From Thalia democratica (Eukaryota), in contig OZ241827.1 of the NCBI GenBank assembly GCA_965202585.1, positions 61,442,001 to 61,506,000 on the forward strand: 64,000 bases of DNA. The letters run 5' to 3'. Shown here piece by piece: positions 1 through 12,000 of the stretch. Position 1 is the stretch's first letter, and each line of letters starts with the position of its first letter. The notes below the pieces were generated by a model, which was not told the origin of the DNA, searched no databases, and worked only from the letters and a program-made list of their open reading frames with translations. Position numbers and translations under genes: made by a program.

Positions 1-64
1 GAAGTTCTTACCTGCAGGAAAGATGGCACCTGGAGTCATAAAAGCGCTCCTGAATGCAGACAGA
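1..64 (+). CDS. CCP exon A1 (3' part, class P')
   Basis: EVLTCRKDGTWSHKSAPECRQ then GT; full copy at 50807-51004. Confidence 0.85.
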
Positions 65-3000
65 GTTTGCTTTTTGTTGATAATTTTTGATAAAAACTAC
101 GTTAAATGCTATAAACAGCCAGTTTATAGTTTGAAAATTGTACAAGTTATATCTTTAAAATTTACTTCAAAGAGTTTTTAAAATCAAGTAGTATATAAGT
201 TTGTTTATTCAAGAAAAGTATGATATTTTTGGTACCTACTCTTTGTTACAGTAAGATATTTGAAAATCACTCACAGAAAACAATTTTTTGTATTTCGCTA
301 AAAAATTTAAAAGTTCAAGTTCTGATACTGAACTTGCTTTAAACATTTTATACTTATTAATTTCTAACAGCATGTTCGGTAATTCCACTCGTGAACAACA
401 GCAGACGAGTAGTAGAGTCCTATGAAAGTTCCGACAACGGGATTATTCAGAGCATAGTAATTAGGTATGAATGTCTTCGCGGGCATGTTTTTAATCGAAA
501 AGAAGACGCTGGTAAAATTTTTCCTTGCACATCAAAGTACGGGTGGAGCTTTACAAGATTACCGCAGTGCGTTAAAGGTTTAATTATTGCAGTTTAAAAA
601 GAAATCGTTATAAAAATAATTTTTAGAGTTTAACGTGGATCAATTTTATTTTAAGTTTAATTTGTAATCAGAATTATCGTTACTAAAAGCCTGAAACTAA
701 AACTCATTAAAAAATATAATAAAAACAACGTAGGTAAAACTACAATCTTTTTTTAGTCTTATTTGACAACTTTAGAAACGAATTTTGCTTATTTTTGACA
801 TTGTTTATGATGTATAAGTATTAATACTCTGATGAACGTTATCCAACTTAAGTAGAAAACAATTTATAATTTATATTTCAATAGGTTACATGGCTATAAG
901 TCAGAAAACTAAAAAGAGTCATTTTTTCCATACATACAACAAAGTTATAATTTAACAGCTATTAATTGTTTTACTTACTTTTAGAAGTTAAAACTTAGCT
1001 GCCTAAACAAACAATAAAAAATTTATTCAAACATATCAAAACCTACCATTCTTCAAGTTAAATGTGCATGGATAACAGTTTCGTTATTTTAAACAGAGTG
1101 TGACAAAATACCGTCTGTCGAAAACAGTGCTCCTACAAACGCGCCATCGCTGCTCATTCCCGGTACAGTCGTGTCTCATAAATGCTTTGAAAACTTTGTG
1201 CAAACGGCAGGCAATATAACTTGCGGATCAGACGGAAAATGGAGACCTACTATGGAGTGCATTCCCGGTAATTTGGCTTGAAATAATATTTTCAGTAAAT
1301 AAGAGTTTTTTATACCTAATCATTATTTGTAGTATAAATTAAAATTTGACCGTTCAAATTCTTTAAACGATTTTTAAATGGCCATAACTCAAAAAGTAAC
1401 ACACATTTAAAAAATTAAAATCTTATTTTAGATCTAATTAACACCTAAAAATACTTTTTTTAATTTTGCAAAATCTTTCATATTTTTTGAAATATCACTA
1501 AAACAAGTTTTAAAATATAGTAACTTTAATTAAATTTTTAAATTCTTTTTAAAAATCCTTTTTTTTTCAGTTTACTTTTTACTATTACAATCTTATAAAT
1601 AAGACATACAATTGTTCTTTTGATTTATTTTAATGTATATATTTTTATGAGTTGTGGCCTCCTTAACATTTTTTAAGAATTTAATTGTCGGAATTGGAAT
1701 AGTCATGTAACAAAGTTGAACATACTTTTATTTGCTGCTTAACAGTATAAGTTTTTATACGTTTTAATCCTTATCAAAATCAAAAAAGTACTTCGTCAAA
1801 GTGTTTTAATTCAATAGAAAAAAAACACAGATTGTGGGTCTTCACCAACCTTTCCACAAACTTATAAGTTGGTAAACTACCGCAACATCAGTAAAGGTAT
1901 CAGCTTAGAAACTTCAGTTGAGTACTTTTGTGAGGAAGACTGTTACATGATGCCTGATCCTAGGGTAACCTCACAAATATTCACGTGCGATACTGGTGGA
2001 CCTTGGGACATTGCTTCAATTAATTGTTTAAAACGTGAGACCATAAAGCTTTTAGACCACAGTTTGTAAATATTCTGTAAAAAATTTGAAACTTTTGAAT
2101 AGTTTGTTTTATGTAGTCAAACACAGTTTACACTCGTTCACAAAGTAAACCTGTATGAATTTATACTCATCTGTATATCAGAAAGTAGTGCGTAAAATAA
2201 TCAGTGCTTGATCTTAAGACTGCTAAAAGTTTGATCTTATAGTTTATAACTGATATGATTAATTTTTTTATTGGTTAAGAGTGCACTTTATAAGAATAGT
2301 CAAATCGTTTTTTACTTTATGAATACCAAATGAAGATCATAAAATATTAAAAAAAAAATTTAATTTTTGCATTAGAATTCTACAAACTTTTTACAGAGTG
2401 CCCGAAAGTAGAAATTTCTAGCAAAGTCATCATGGAGATTTTAAATGTTATCCACGACGATGTATCTTACTTAACCGGCACCGTTTTGAAATTCACATGC
2501 CCAGCTGGATACGTCATTGATAACCCTGAACTTTCTCAGGCAACGTGCACCGACCAAGGTTCATGGAACTCAACTTTTCCCACTTGTCACATAGGTAAGT
2601 TTAACTTAAAAACGACTCAAAAACGTGCATGCAAAAGATATAAATTCCAACTTATAACAGAAATTCGTATAATACCGTGTGTTATCTCTTTTAGCTTGTT
2701 CGAAACTGGAAGCCATACCAAACGGAAAACTAGTCAGTCATAGCCAAAAACGTAAAGGATTCTACTTGGATGGTGATGTTTTTAATTATGCTTGTAATGA
2801 TGGCTACATTTTTCACTTTGGAGCATCAGATGATTACATTTACAAGTGTTTAGATGATGGGAATTACGACAACATTATAACACCTCTCTGCATTACAAGT
2901 GAACACATTTTATATGAATATAAACTTTGTAATACATAGAAAATTGATGTACAAGTTATACTTTCAAGTTATCATTATTATTATTTTATTTGTTCTGAAA

Positions 3001-6000
3001 GCAAATTTTATTTGAGGTTCCGCAACAAACTTGGTAGCTTTTTCTACGTACGGAAACACTCTAGATTATTTATTGTAAAATATTAGAATATTAAGATGTT
3101 ATTATTAAAAAAATGCTATTAAACTATTATATTTATGTGCTTTACAACCAAACTTATTTATTATGAAATGTGTGTTATAACTTATATTAACCTTACTTTA
3201 ATTTAATTAAAAAAAAAAAACATTTTTTAGATTTCTAAAAACTATTTTTAACTTTAAAATGTTACTCATGAATAAAATTGTTTGGTGTATGTAAATTAGA
3301 CAGTTTATTTTAAACCTCAAGATAATTTTTTAAATAAAATACTACGTAAAACTGTGTTAAATATAAGAAATCGGAATTTGTTGTTTACCCTGTATTTTAT
3401 GGTTTGCTTAAATGTTATCTAACACGTTTTGATGCCTACTTATGTTGCTAGCTTTTCTTATAAGTTCCTTGAAACACAAGATGTTGAGTAGTTACATAAA
3501 CTATTTAACTTTATCTTATTCTAGTTATTTTCGTACCGCAATAAAACATCTGACTGAAGCACATTATACTTTGACAAAACTAGCTTAATCTTACAAAGTA
3601 AGATTTCATTTGCACCATAACTTTGTCTAACAACTATTTTTCTTTTGCTTAATACACGTCTAATATTTGTAGGATGTCCTTCACCTCCTGAAGAAGAATA
3701 TGTAAGTTGGAAAATAGAGTTCAGCTACAGAGAAGACGAGTTTTGGAGTTATACTGAAGTAACCTACAAGTGTAAACCTTCTCATAGTTTTCTGTGGGGT
3801 GAAAATAAAATGCGAATTTGTGGAATAAATGGAACTTGGGACTTTCAAAATGCTCCCAAATGTGCTCCAAGTAAATTAGAATTAAAAATATTAAGAAAAT
3901 GTAGCTGATACTCTAAAGGCAAATGTATTTTTTCTTTAATAGTAACGAGTAATGATACAAGTAAAAAAGAACAAAAATAATCGTAACTTATTGTATTTCT
4001 TAAGTTTTCTTTTTTATCTCCTTATAACTCTCATTTTAACTTACATAGATTACTCTAATAAGTATTATTAAGTGTAGAATTAGATTTTTTTTTAATATAT
4101 CATTTTTATAAACATTTAATATTTGATCTAATTGTTATTATAATCAATATTTTAGAAGATTGAATTTTAGTCTTACATATTGAAGTTTCAAAAAGTTCTT
4201 AGTTAAGGCATACAATCAACTAAATACATTTCAACAAAAATAAATCTAAACTTATACTTTCTTCATATTAATACTAAACTAACTAATTTTGACATCTTTA
4301 ACAAAAAACAAAAAATAATAATTAATATCCATTAAAAAAAATGAACAATTAAAGTTATATATTTTCGAGAATTCGGAATAATAGTTAACAAGATAATAAC
4401 TATCAGAGGTATGATAATTTATAACTATATCATGTTTTGTTTTTGTAAGTATTTCACAATCATAAAAGTTTAGCTTTAATATGGAGAATTCTTATTAAAC
4501 ATCGCTTTTTAAAAAAAACATTCTAAAAATGAAACAGATCTTTTAAAATAGATACAACCAGTTTCGAGTTACAGTTTAAACCAAAATCTGTGTTATCCCA
4601 ATAATTTAAATAACCTGTAATCTAAAGTTAAGATTAAACGATCAAGTTAACAGCTTATTTATTAAAAAAAATATGTAACAGTCTACTGTGCACAGCTTAA
4701 AAAGTTATCAGATATTCAATTAAATAATAAATTAAAGACAAAAAACATTTTCTTTTTTTTAGTCTGTGAAGTTCCTCCATATGTTCCAGACGCGAACGTA
4801 ACTACAATTAAAACCGTAAGGCTTGAAAATGGAGAAGTTGAAGAAAGCACAATTGATTATCACTGTAATCCTGACTATTATCTGGCTAACGAAACTGCAA
4901 ATGTTCGATTTCAGTGCAGTGTAGGAGCATTTTGGACGCCTAAAAAGCTTATAAGTTGTGTTAAAAGTAAGTTTAATAAGCTTATTGACTTAAACCACTA
5001 AATACAGATTACAAATGTTAACTTAATATTTTAATATATTTTGTCACTTATTGTTTACTTGTGCAAACTTAAATAAGAGAAAAATAAGCCGTACTTACAA
5101 TAAAGACGTAACTTTTAAAAACTCAGAGTGCAATCGAATACCAACCATAACAAATGCACACTTTTACAATATTACTTACCTAAATCAAAGAAGAGACGTT
5201 TATTTAAATAGAACAGAAGTTGAATACAAATGCATTGAAAACTTTGTGCCAAAAAAGTCTAAAATGACTTGCATTGAAAATGGTGAATGGACCCCAACTT
5301 TTCAGTGTTATCCAGGTTTTTAATTTTGTATCTAATAAAAGTTTCAGTTTAAAATAATCATCTAAGTTATCTTATTATCAATACACAATTTTAGATTAGT
5401 TATTTAATACAATTATATAACATCTAAAGTTTTGTAAATTCAATTTAAACTAATTTGTGGAAAATTTATAACTTTTAAGTTTTTACAGATTGTGGTCCAT
5501 CACAAGATATACCAAACACAGTGAAAAGTTTGGATAGGATAGGTAACGTCGATTCAAATACTACAGTTGAGCAAATTGTATCTTACACTTGCAAACATCC
5601 GTACTTTTTACTACCACAGTCTGTAGATACCACTCGTAATTGTGTAGATGGATCCTGGGTCTACAACGACTTTAAGTGTTTACAAAGTTAGTTAAAACAG
5701 ATTGGTAATAATGTAAACTTGGTTCTTTCTTGGATCTTTGCGTTTTTAACAAAAGTGAAATGAACAATTTCAGAGTAGTTTTTAGATACTAGTTTGCTAA
5801 AAGTTTGTTACAAAAATTAACTTATTTTATCTGTTTGTGCAATAGTAGTTATATTTACTCTTACATATACTCTTTTATATACTCTTTAAAGAGTGTAATA
5901 TCTTCTTTTTAATTTAAGCATGAACATGCTTGAATCACATATATTTGTTGCTACTTTTTAATGAACTTTCTTTAAATACATCAACTAAGTAAATATAGTT

Positions 6001-9000
6001 ATATAATATATATTTTATCTTAAAATGTGTCTTTATTATTACTTTTTAAATACAGAATGCCAGAAAATTATATTAAGAGACAAACTAAAGTTTGAAATTA
6101 TCCAGAAAGTAAGCTATGAGGATAGAACACTTTTTGAAGGTTCGATAATCGAGTTTAGTTGTGAAGACAACTTTATTCTTAGTGATTCAGATAAAACACA
6201 CGCTGAATGTGTTAATAATGGAGAATGGAACGTAACTGCACCTTACTGTGTAAGAGGTAGGCACTTTTTAAAGTATTATCTGGAAAAACAATCTAACTAA
6301 GTTTTAAAAAGTGGTTGTTTGTTAGTATTTCATATTTTAGTTCATCTATTATTCTTATATACTAAAGCTTTAGGTTCACTTGATATTAGTCTTGTTTTAA
6401 GTTTTTTGAAAATTTAGATTGTGGATTTCCTAAAAATATTACAAACGGTTCTTTTGAAGTCAACTTGTACTCAATTATTAACAACACTGAAAATGGTTCA
6501 GTTATGAAAGTACCTCAAAAAGTCACATACTACTGTAATAATGGCCACGTCATTTCACCACATTCAACAGCAGTTTTAAACTGCGATGAAAACAGCGGAA
6601 GTTTAAATGCTCCAAAATGTGTGACAGGTTTGTTTTTGCCTTTATACTGTTCTCTAAAACTCATTAAGTATAGATCTAATAACTAAGAACAAAATCTCTC
6701 ATTAGTTTTTAACTTGTTTTGTAACCAACAATTTATTAATCAATAGAAACTTTTTTTTTCTGCTAATGAATATAGTTTAGTACCTTTATTTATACTTTAT
6801 TTTTGATGAAGGTGATTTAAACGATCTCAATAAAGATAACCACTACTTTAGACTGCGGTGCACCACCAAAGAAAGACAATATGACGTATTCAGAAGACAG
6901 TGAAAAACCTTACTATTTAAACGGAAGCGTTGTGACTTACTACTGCGTAAACGGGTACGAAATACTCCCCACGGATCAAGACGAAATAGTTTGCGCAGAT
7001 GGATCTTGGCAGGGAGTTGTAGGAAACTGTTATTCAGGTAGCGCGTTACGCATGTATGCATGGTATATGACTTGACAAGCATTTGCGGTATACAGACTGT
7101 ATGATTATAATTTTTTAAAGGTGTAAGTTTAAGAAAACTTTTTAAGTTTTTTGTTAGTCATAGAGGTACTAGTTTGCAAAATCAAAAAGTAAACAATAAA
7201 AGGCTTATAAAAGCAATACAAAGTGTAATTTATTATTTATAAATTAAATTTACTGCTTTTATTTACAAAAAAACTTGATCTTTACTTGAGTGAACAATTT
7301 TGAAAAACTTCATTCTATTTGCTTTTTCAGTTTTAATTATTAAGTACTTGTTCAACCATTAAAAATATGAAACAATACTTCTATTGTTTTCAGTTCACCG
7401 CTGCATAGAAGTTCCGTCCGTAACAAACGCCGAATACGAAGTAACGAAATGGATACACGACGGATCGTTGCTGCCAGGTACCGAAGTCAGGTACACCTGC
7501 GGGAACAACCTGACCATGATACCTGAAAATTTTGTGGGCAGGATTTGCGAGGAGTTCGGAACGTGGAGGAGTGTGCCTGCTACGGCTGTTCCAATGTGTG
7601 GAAAAAGTAAAAATATGTTGCGATTTAGCTTAGGAGTAACACCGTTTGTGTTAAAATTTGTTAAGAAAAAGCTGTCTCAGATTTATTCAAAACATTTAAA
7701 TGTAGATCTTTCGTTTATTTAAACTCTTAAAATCATTTATATAATATTATTTTGTTTTTAATATTTTTCTTAATGGTTTAAAACATTAATAATATTGTAG
7801 AACTTTATAAGCTGTCCCAACTATTTTCTAAACCCCTTGTACCTGACATTTTATTTAAGAGAAATTAGTAGTCGTCTTTTTATAAAAAATCAAAACAACT
7901 TTTTAGTTGATCTACGCAGCATATAAAATACACTAAAGCTGTTCTTTGCTTTAACAATGTCATTGGCTGTAAAAAATAGTCAGACATGAGAATTTAAAAA
8001 ACTTTGTTGGTATATTATTTTTCAAAACTAAGTTTGTATCGAATTTTTAAGCTTTTGTTTTTCAACAACTTTTGTTTATAGTGTGCCATAAACCTGATAA
8101 CATACCCTACGGAGAACTAGTGAGTATTGACCAGAAACGTAAAGGTTTTTACTTGGAAGGTGATATTTTAAGTTATACTTGTATTGATGGCTATATATTT
8201 CATAATGGAACAGCAAGTGATTATGTTTTCAAGTGTTTAAACAACGGATCTTACAACAACAATAGAAAACCTCTCTGCATCACAAGTTACTAAGCCTTTA
8301 TATAAATACGAATTTTTAATACTTACACCTTATCTGCTATTACTTTTATATTTTTAAGATTTATTAATTATTCTAAAATACTAATTTATTTCAATCAAAT
8401 ATTAAGGTGGAATTAGGGTTGTTTTTTATAGAATAAACTTTAGTAATAAGCTTTTTTAACATAAAATGCAAAAATTTGATTTGTAAGAAAAAATAGCAAT
8501 GATATTAATTTTGTCATAAAAAATGTCTTTACTATACAAATAACTTCACAAACAATCGCAACTAAATCAAAAGTAGTTTTTTTTAATTTAAAGTAAAGTA
8601 GTTTATTGTCCTTGAATCAATATTCTACTTTCAAGTTAAATATAAATTATAATAAACACTGTTTACAAATACTTAAAAATCAAGGCATCTTAAGAAGCAA
8701 ACTTAGTTTCTGAAGGCAGTTTGATTGTACTACGTTTGACTTCAAACGTTGGTAAAACAGCGTTTATCCTTATACTAAAAAAAATGTTCTGTTTTAGTTC
8801 TGTAAAACTATGCACTTTAAAACCTAGATTTTGTAATTTTATCATAAAAGTATAAATACTAAACTTAATCGTTCATTTTAAGTGTATTATTTTCTAAATT
8901 ACTATTGTCTTTTAATACTATAAACTTTATACAGTAATTAAGTAAATCCATTTATAGATTTAGTTTTGTGAATGGTTACTAGATTAACTTGCTAGAAACT

Positions 9001-12000
9001 GTTGTTTTAAAGGATATTGAGTTAATGTATTTTAAAAATTTAAATTACTTTTAGTTTAACAATCGTTCTGTTAGGTTTTTTTTTACTATATGAAAGTTAC
9101 AAATAAGTACGTTCTTAAAACTATACAGCTGATTAATTTAAAAAATATCTGTTATTCATTACCAAGCAACAAGTTTACGTTACAATAGGTTGTCCTTCGC
9201 CTCCTACAGGAGATAACTTGAGTTGGAAAATAACATTCAGCCACAAGAAAGACGAGTTTTGGAGTGAAACTGAAATTACTTATAAATGTGCTTCTACGCA
9301 TAGTTTTTTGTGGGGGGAAAACAAAAAGCGGACGTGTGGATTTAACGGAAGTTGGGACTTTCAAAATGCCCCTAAATGTATTCCACGTTAGTAAAATAAA
9401 ATGAGTTAACCACTCACTTAACAAAACATTTATATCCATTTTCTTAAAGATAATTATTGTTCAGTGTATTTGTTATTTTTTTTTTTTTAGTTTGTCGTAA
9501 ACTCGATGACATACTTAACGGAAAATTAAATGCTCTCGACCAAAAAACAAGCGGTGTATACATAAATGGTGATACTTTCAGTTATACTTGTAATGATGGC
9601 TATATATTTCATAATGGAACATCAAGTGATTATATTTACCAGTGTTCAGATGACGGATCTTACAACAACACTAAAGAACCTCTCTGCATTACAAGTTAGT
9701 TCACATTTCGTACACTTTTAAAAAACTGTTATTTATCTGCTGTTTTGTTGAAATTAACAAAGTTTATAGTTTCTAGAGTTTTATGTTGTTACAATCAAAT
9801 ACAATGTTTAAATTTTTATATCTTATTGACAGTTTTACTAAAGTTAAGCCTAATATCTTATAACATCTTTACCATATTTAAGTCAAATTTTATTATTAAC
9901 TGATGATCTCTTTTTTGAGTGAAGTATTGTTTTTATAATAAATCTTAAAATATTTGAAGTTATATCATTCTCAGGGTTCGTGCGCATCAGGCTTAATTAG
10001 GCCAAATCAGGCTAAATCAATTTTTTGAAAAAAGTTGAAAAACATCAGGCTAAATCATTTTTTTTATTCAAAAATTTGAGATTCTCATTTTTCAAAGTTC
10101 AAACGCTTAAAAATTATTGTTTAAAATAATTGAGAATTATTTAAAGATCAAATTGAGATGTGAATTTATTTCTCAAAATAAATTTAGGTATGAAAGACAA
10201 AATCAGTCAGTAATTGTAAAAATAAATGCTTAAATCCTTTTGTTGAATCTCTAAAAAAAAATTAAGAGTCTTCATTATTTTGTTTTGAGTAGATTATGTA
10301 CGTCATATGAAAATTCATAAATAATTATACAGTTTAGACATTACAGTTTAGATCAACAACTTAGCTGTTTGTTTGAATTTGTTTACATCAGCTATGTTTT
10401 TCAGAGCTTAGTTGGTTGAACTGTTTTAATTTATAATTTTAAGGCTTTATAACAAATACCTTTTAGATCAAAACTCTTACTAGTTTATTCATACAGTTTA
10501 CTATTTATTTATTTAAAATTATTAGAGATATTCACAACACTAAAACTTACCTTTAAGGTATAAGTACTAAGTTTGAGGGAGTACAAATTTTAGGTACAAT
10601 TTATTTTTCTTTACAACAACAAACTATTAAAGGTTTTTTTTTTTTATTTAAGTGTAAGCTTTTTAAATCTGATATGAAATCAACAATCACTGTATATATT
10701 TAGAGTTTAGGATTTATAACTATATATCAATTTTAAGTATTAATCTAAATACTATAATAAACATGTTGTACTTATTTTAATACTTGTGTAACCTTTAATT
10801 TTAAATGTTAATAAAACACTACAATGCACGTCGTTTTGTTATAAATTTTCTAGTTATAATGTCTTTATTTAATGCTAAACTAAATTGAACAATTGTGTTT
10901 TGTAATATATATTACATTTTTACACTAGTAATAGATTAGATATAACACTTATTTTAAAACTTATCACTGATTTTTTCATCTTAAGGGCATAGGGGAGTGG
11001 GAGTCACTAACTTTTTTTATAATTTAGTCTTATTTTATTGAGTTGTAACTAAGCTATGAGTTGCTTTTTGGAGATATTTAAAGCTCAAAATAATCTTGCC
11101 ATAAAGCCGTTAAAGTCAGAGACTACAATAGTACTAATCAAGACCCCCCATACCCAAAATTACTTCTAAAATGATTTTTTCCTACTTTAAAAAATATCAG
11201 GCTTAATCGGTCTCAATCAGGCAAATTAAAAAAAAATTGCGCACACAAACCCTGTATTCTCCTAATCGATAAGTTGAGATCATTCATTGTTTTTTTAAAG
11301 ACACAAATTTTACAAAATTGAGCTATGTCATAAAACAAATAAAAGTACTAGTTTTTTATTCTTTCAAAATAGATAGGTGTCCAACAAACGCGGAACGTCA
11401 CTTACACATCGAGCGCTAATTTCGCACGTCCTTGCTTTTTCACGGTATTTATTTTCGCACGAGTCGTTACTATGTACAAGCCTGACGACTCATGTAACAT
11501 GACACACGTGACATGAAGTTACTCCGTGGGAAAGTGACAACGTTTTGAACTCTTTGTAGTTTAATTTGTTAATAACTTTTCAATATTGTAAATATTGATT
11601 TAGTGGGCTCAAGAGCTATTTGTTTTAGTAAGATTACTGTTAAGTTGGTTTTACAAACTATCTCTTATTTCAATACTGGAGTGCATTGTCGTTAAAAGAA
11701 ATTATGAATTTTACAAGTTAAATTATCACATTGTAAAAGGATGTCCATCGCCTCCTGTAGGAGATTACGTCACTTCAGATATAACATTCAGCCATAAAAA
11801 AGACGAGTTTTGGAGTGAAACTGAAGTTACCTACAAGTGTGCTCCTTCACACAGTTTTTTGTGGGGTGAAAATAAAACACGGATTTGTGACTTTAATGGA
11901 AGTTGGGACTTTCAAAATGCCCCAAAGTGTGCTCCAGGTTAGTAAAAAAGACAATAAAAATTTTAAACATGTTTACATAATTATCAAAAAAATTGTCGTT

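Noticed and set aside
6843-7082. Minus-strand ORFs overlapping CCP exons (also 9152, 18670, 22087, 22624, 22882, 31636, 32409, 37709, 38309, 41641, 47013, 50836, 55418, 58580, 60903, 63516)
   Set aside because: Antisense shadows of the coding exons with no recognisable motifs.
11481-11510. Other CTGANGA hits (830, 9900, 11481, 26693, minus strand 49252) as hammerheads
   Set aside because: They lack the stem II plus GAAA arrangement.
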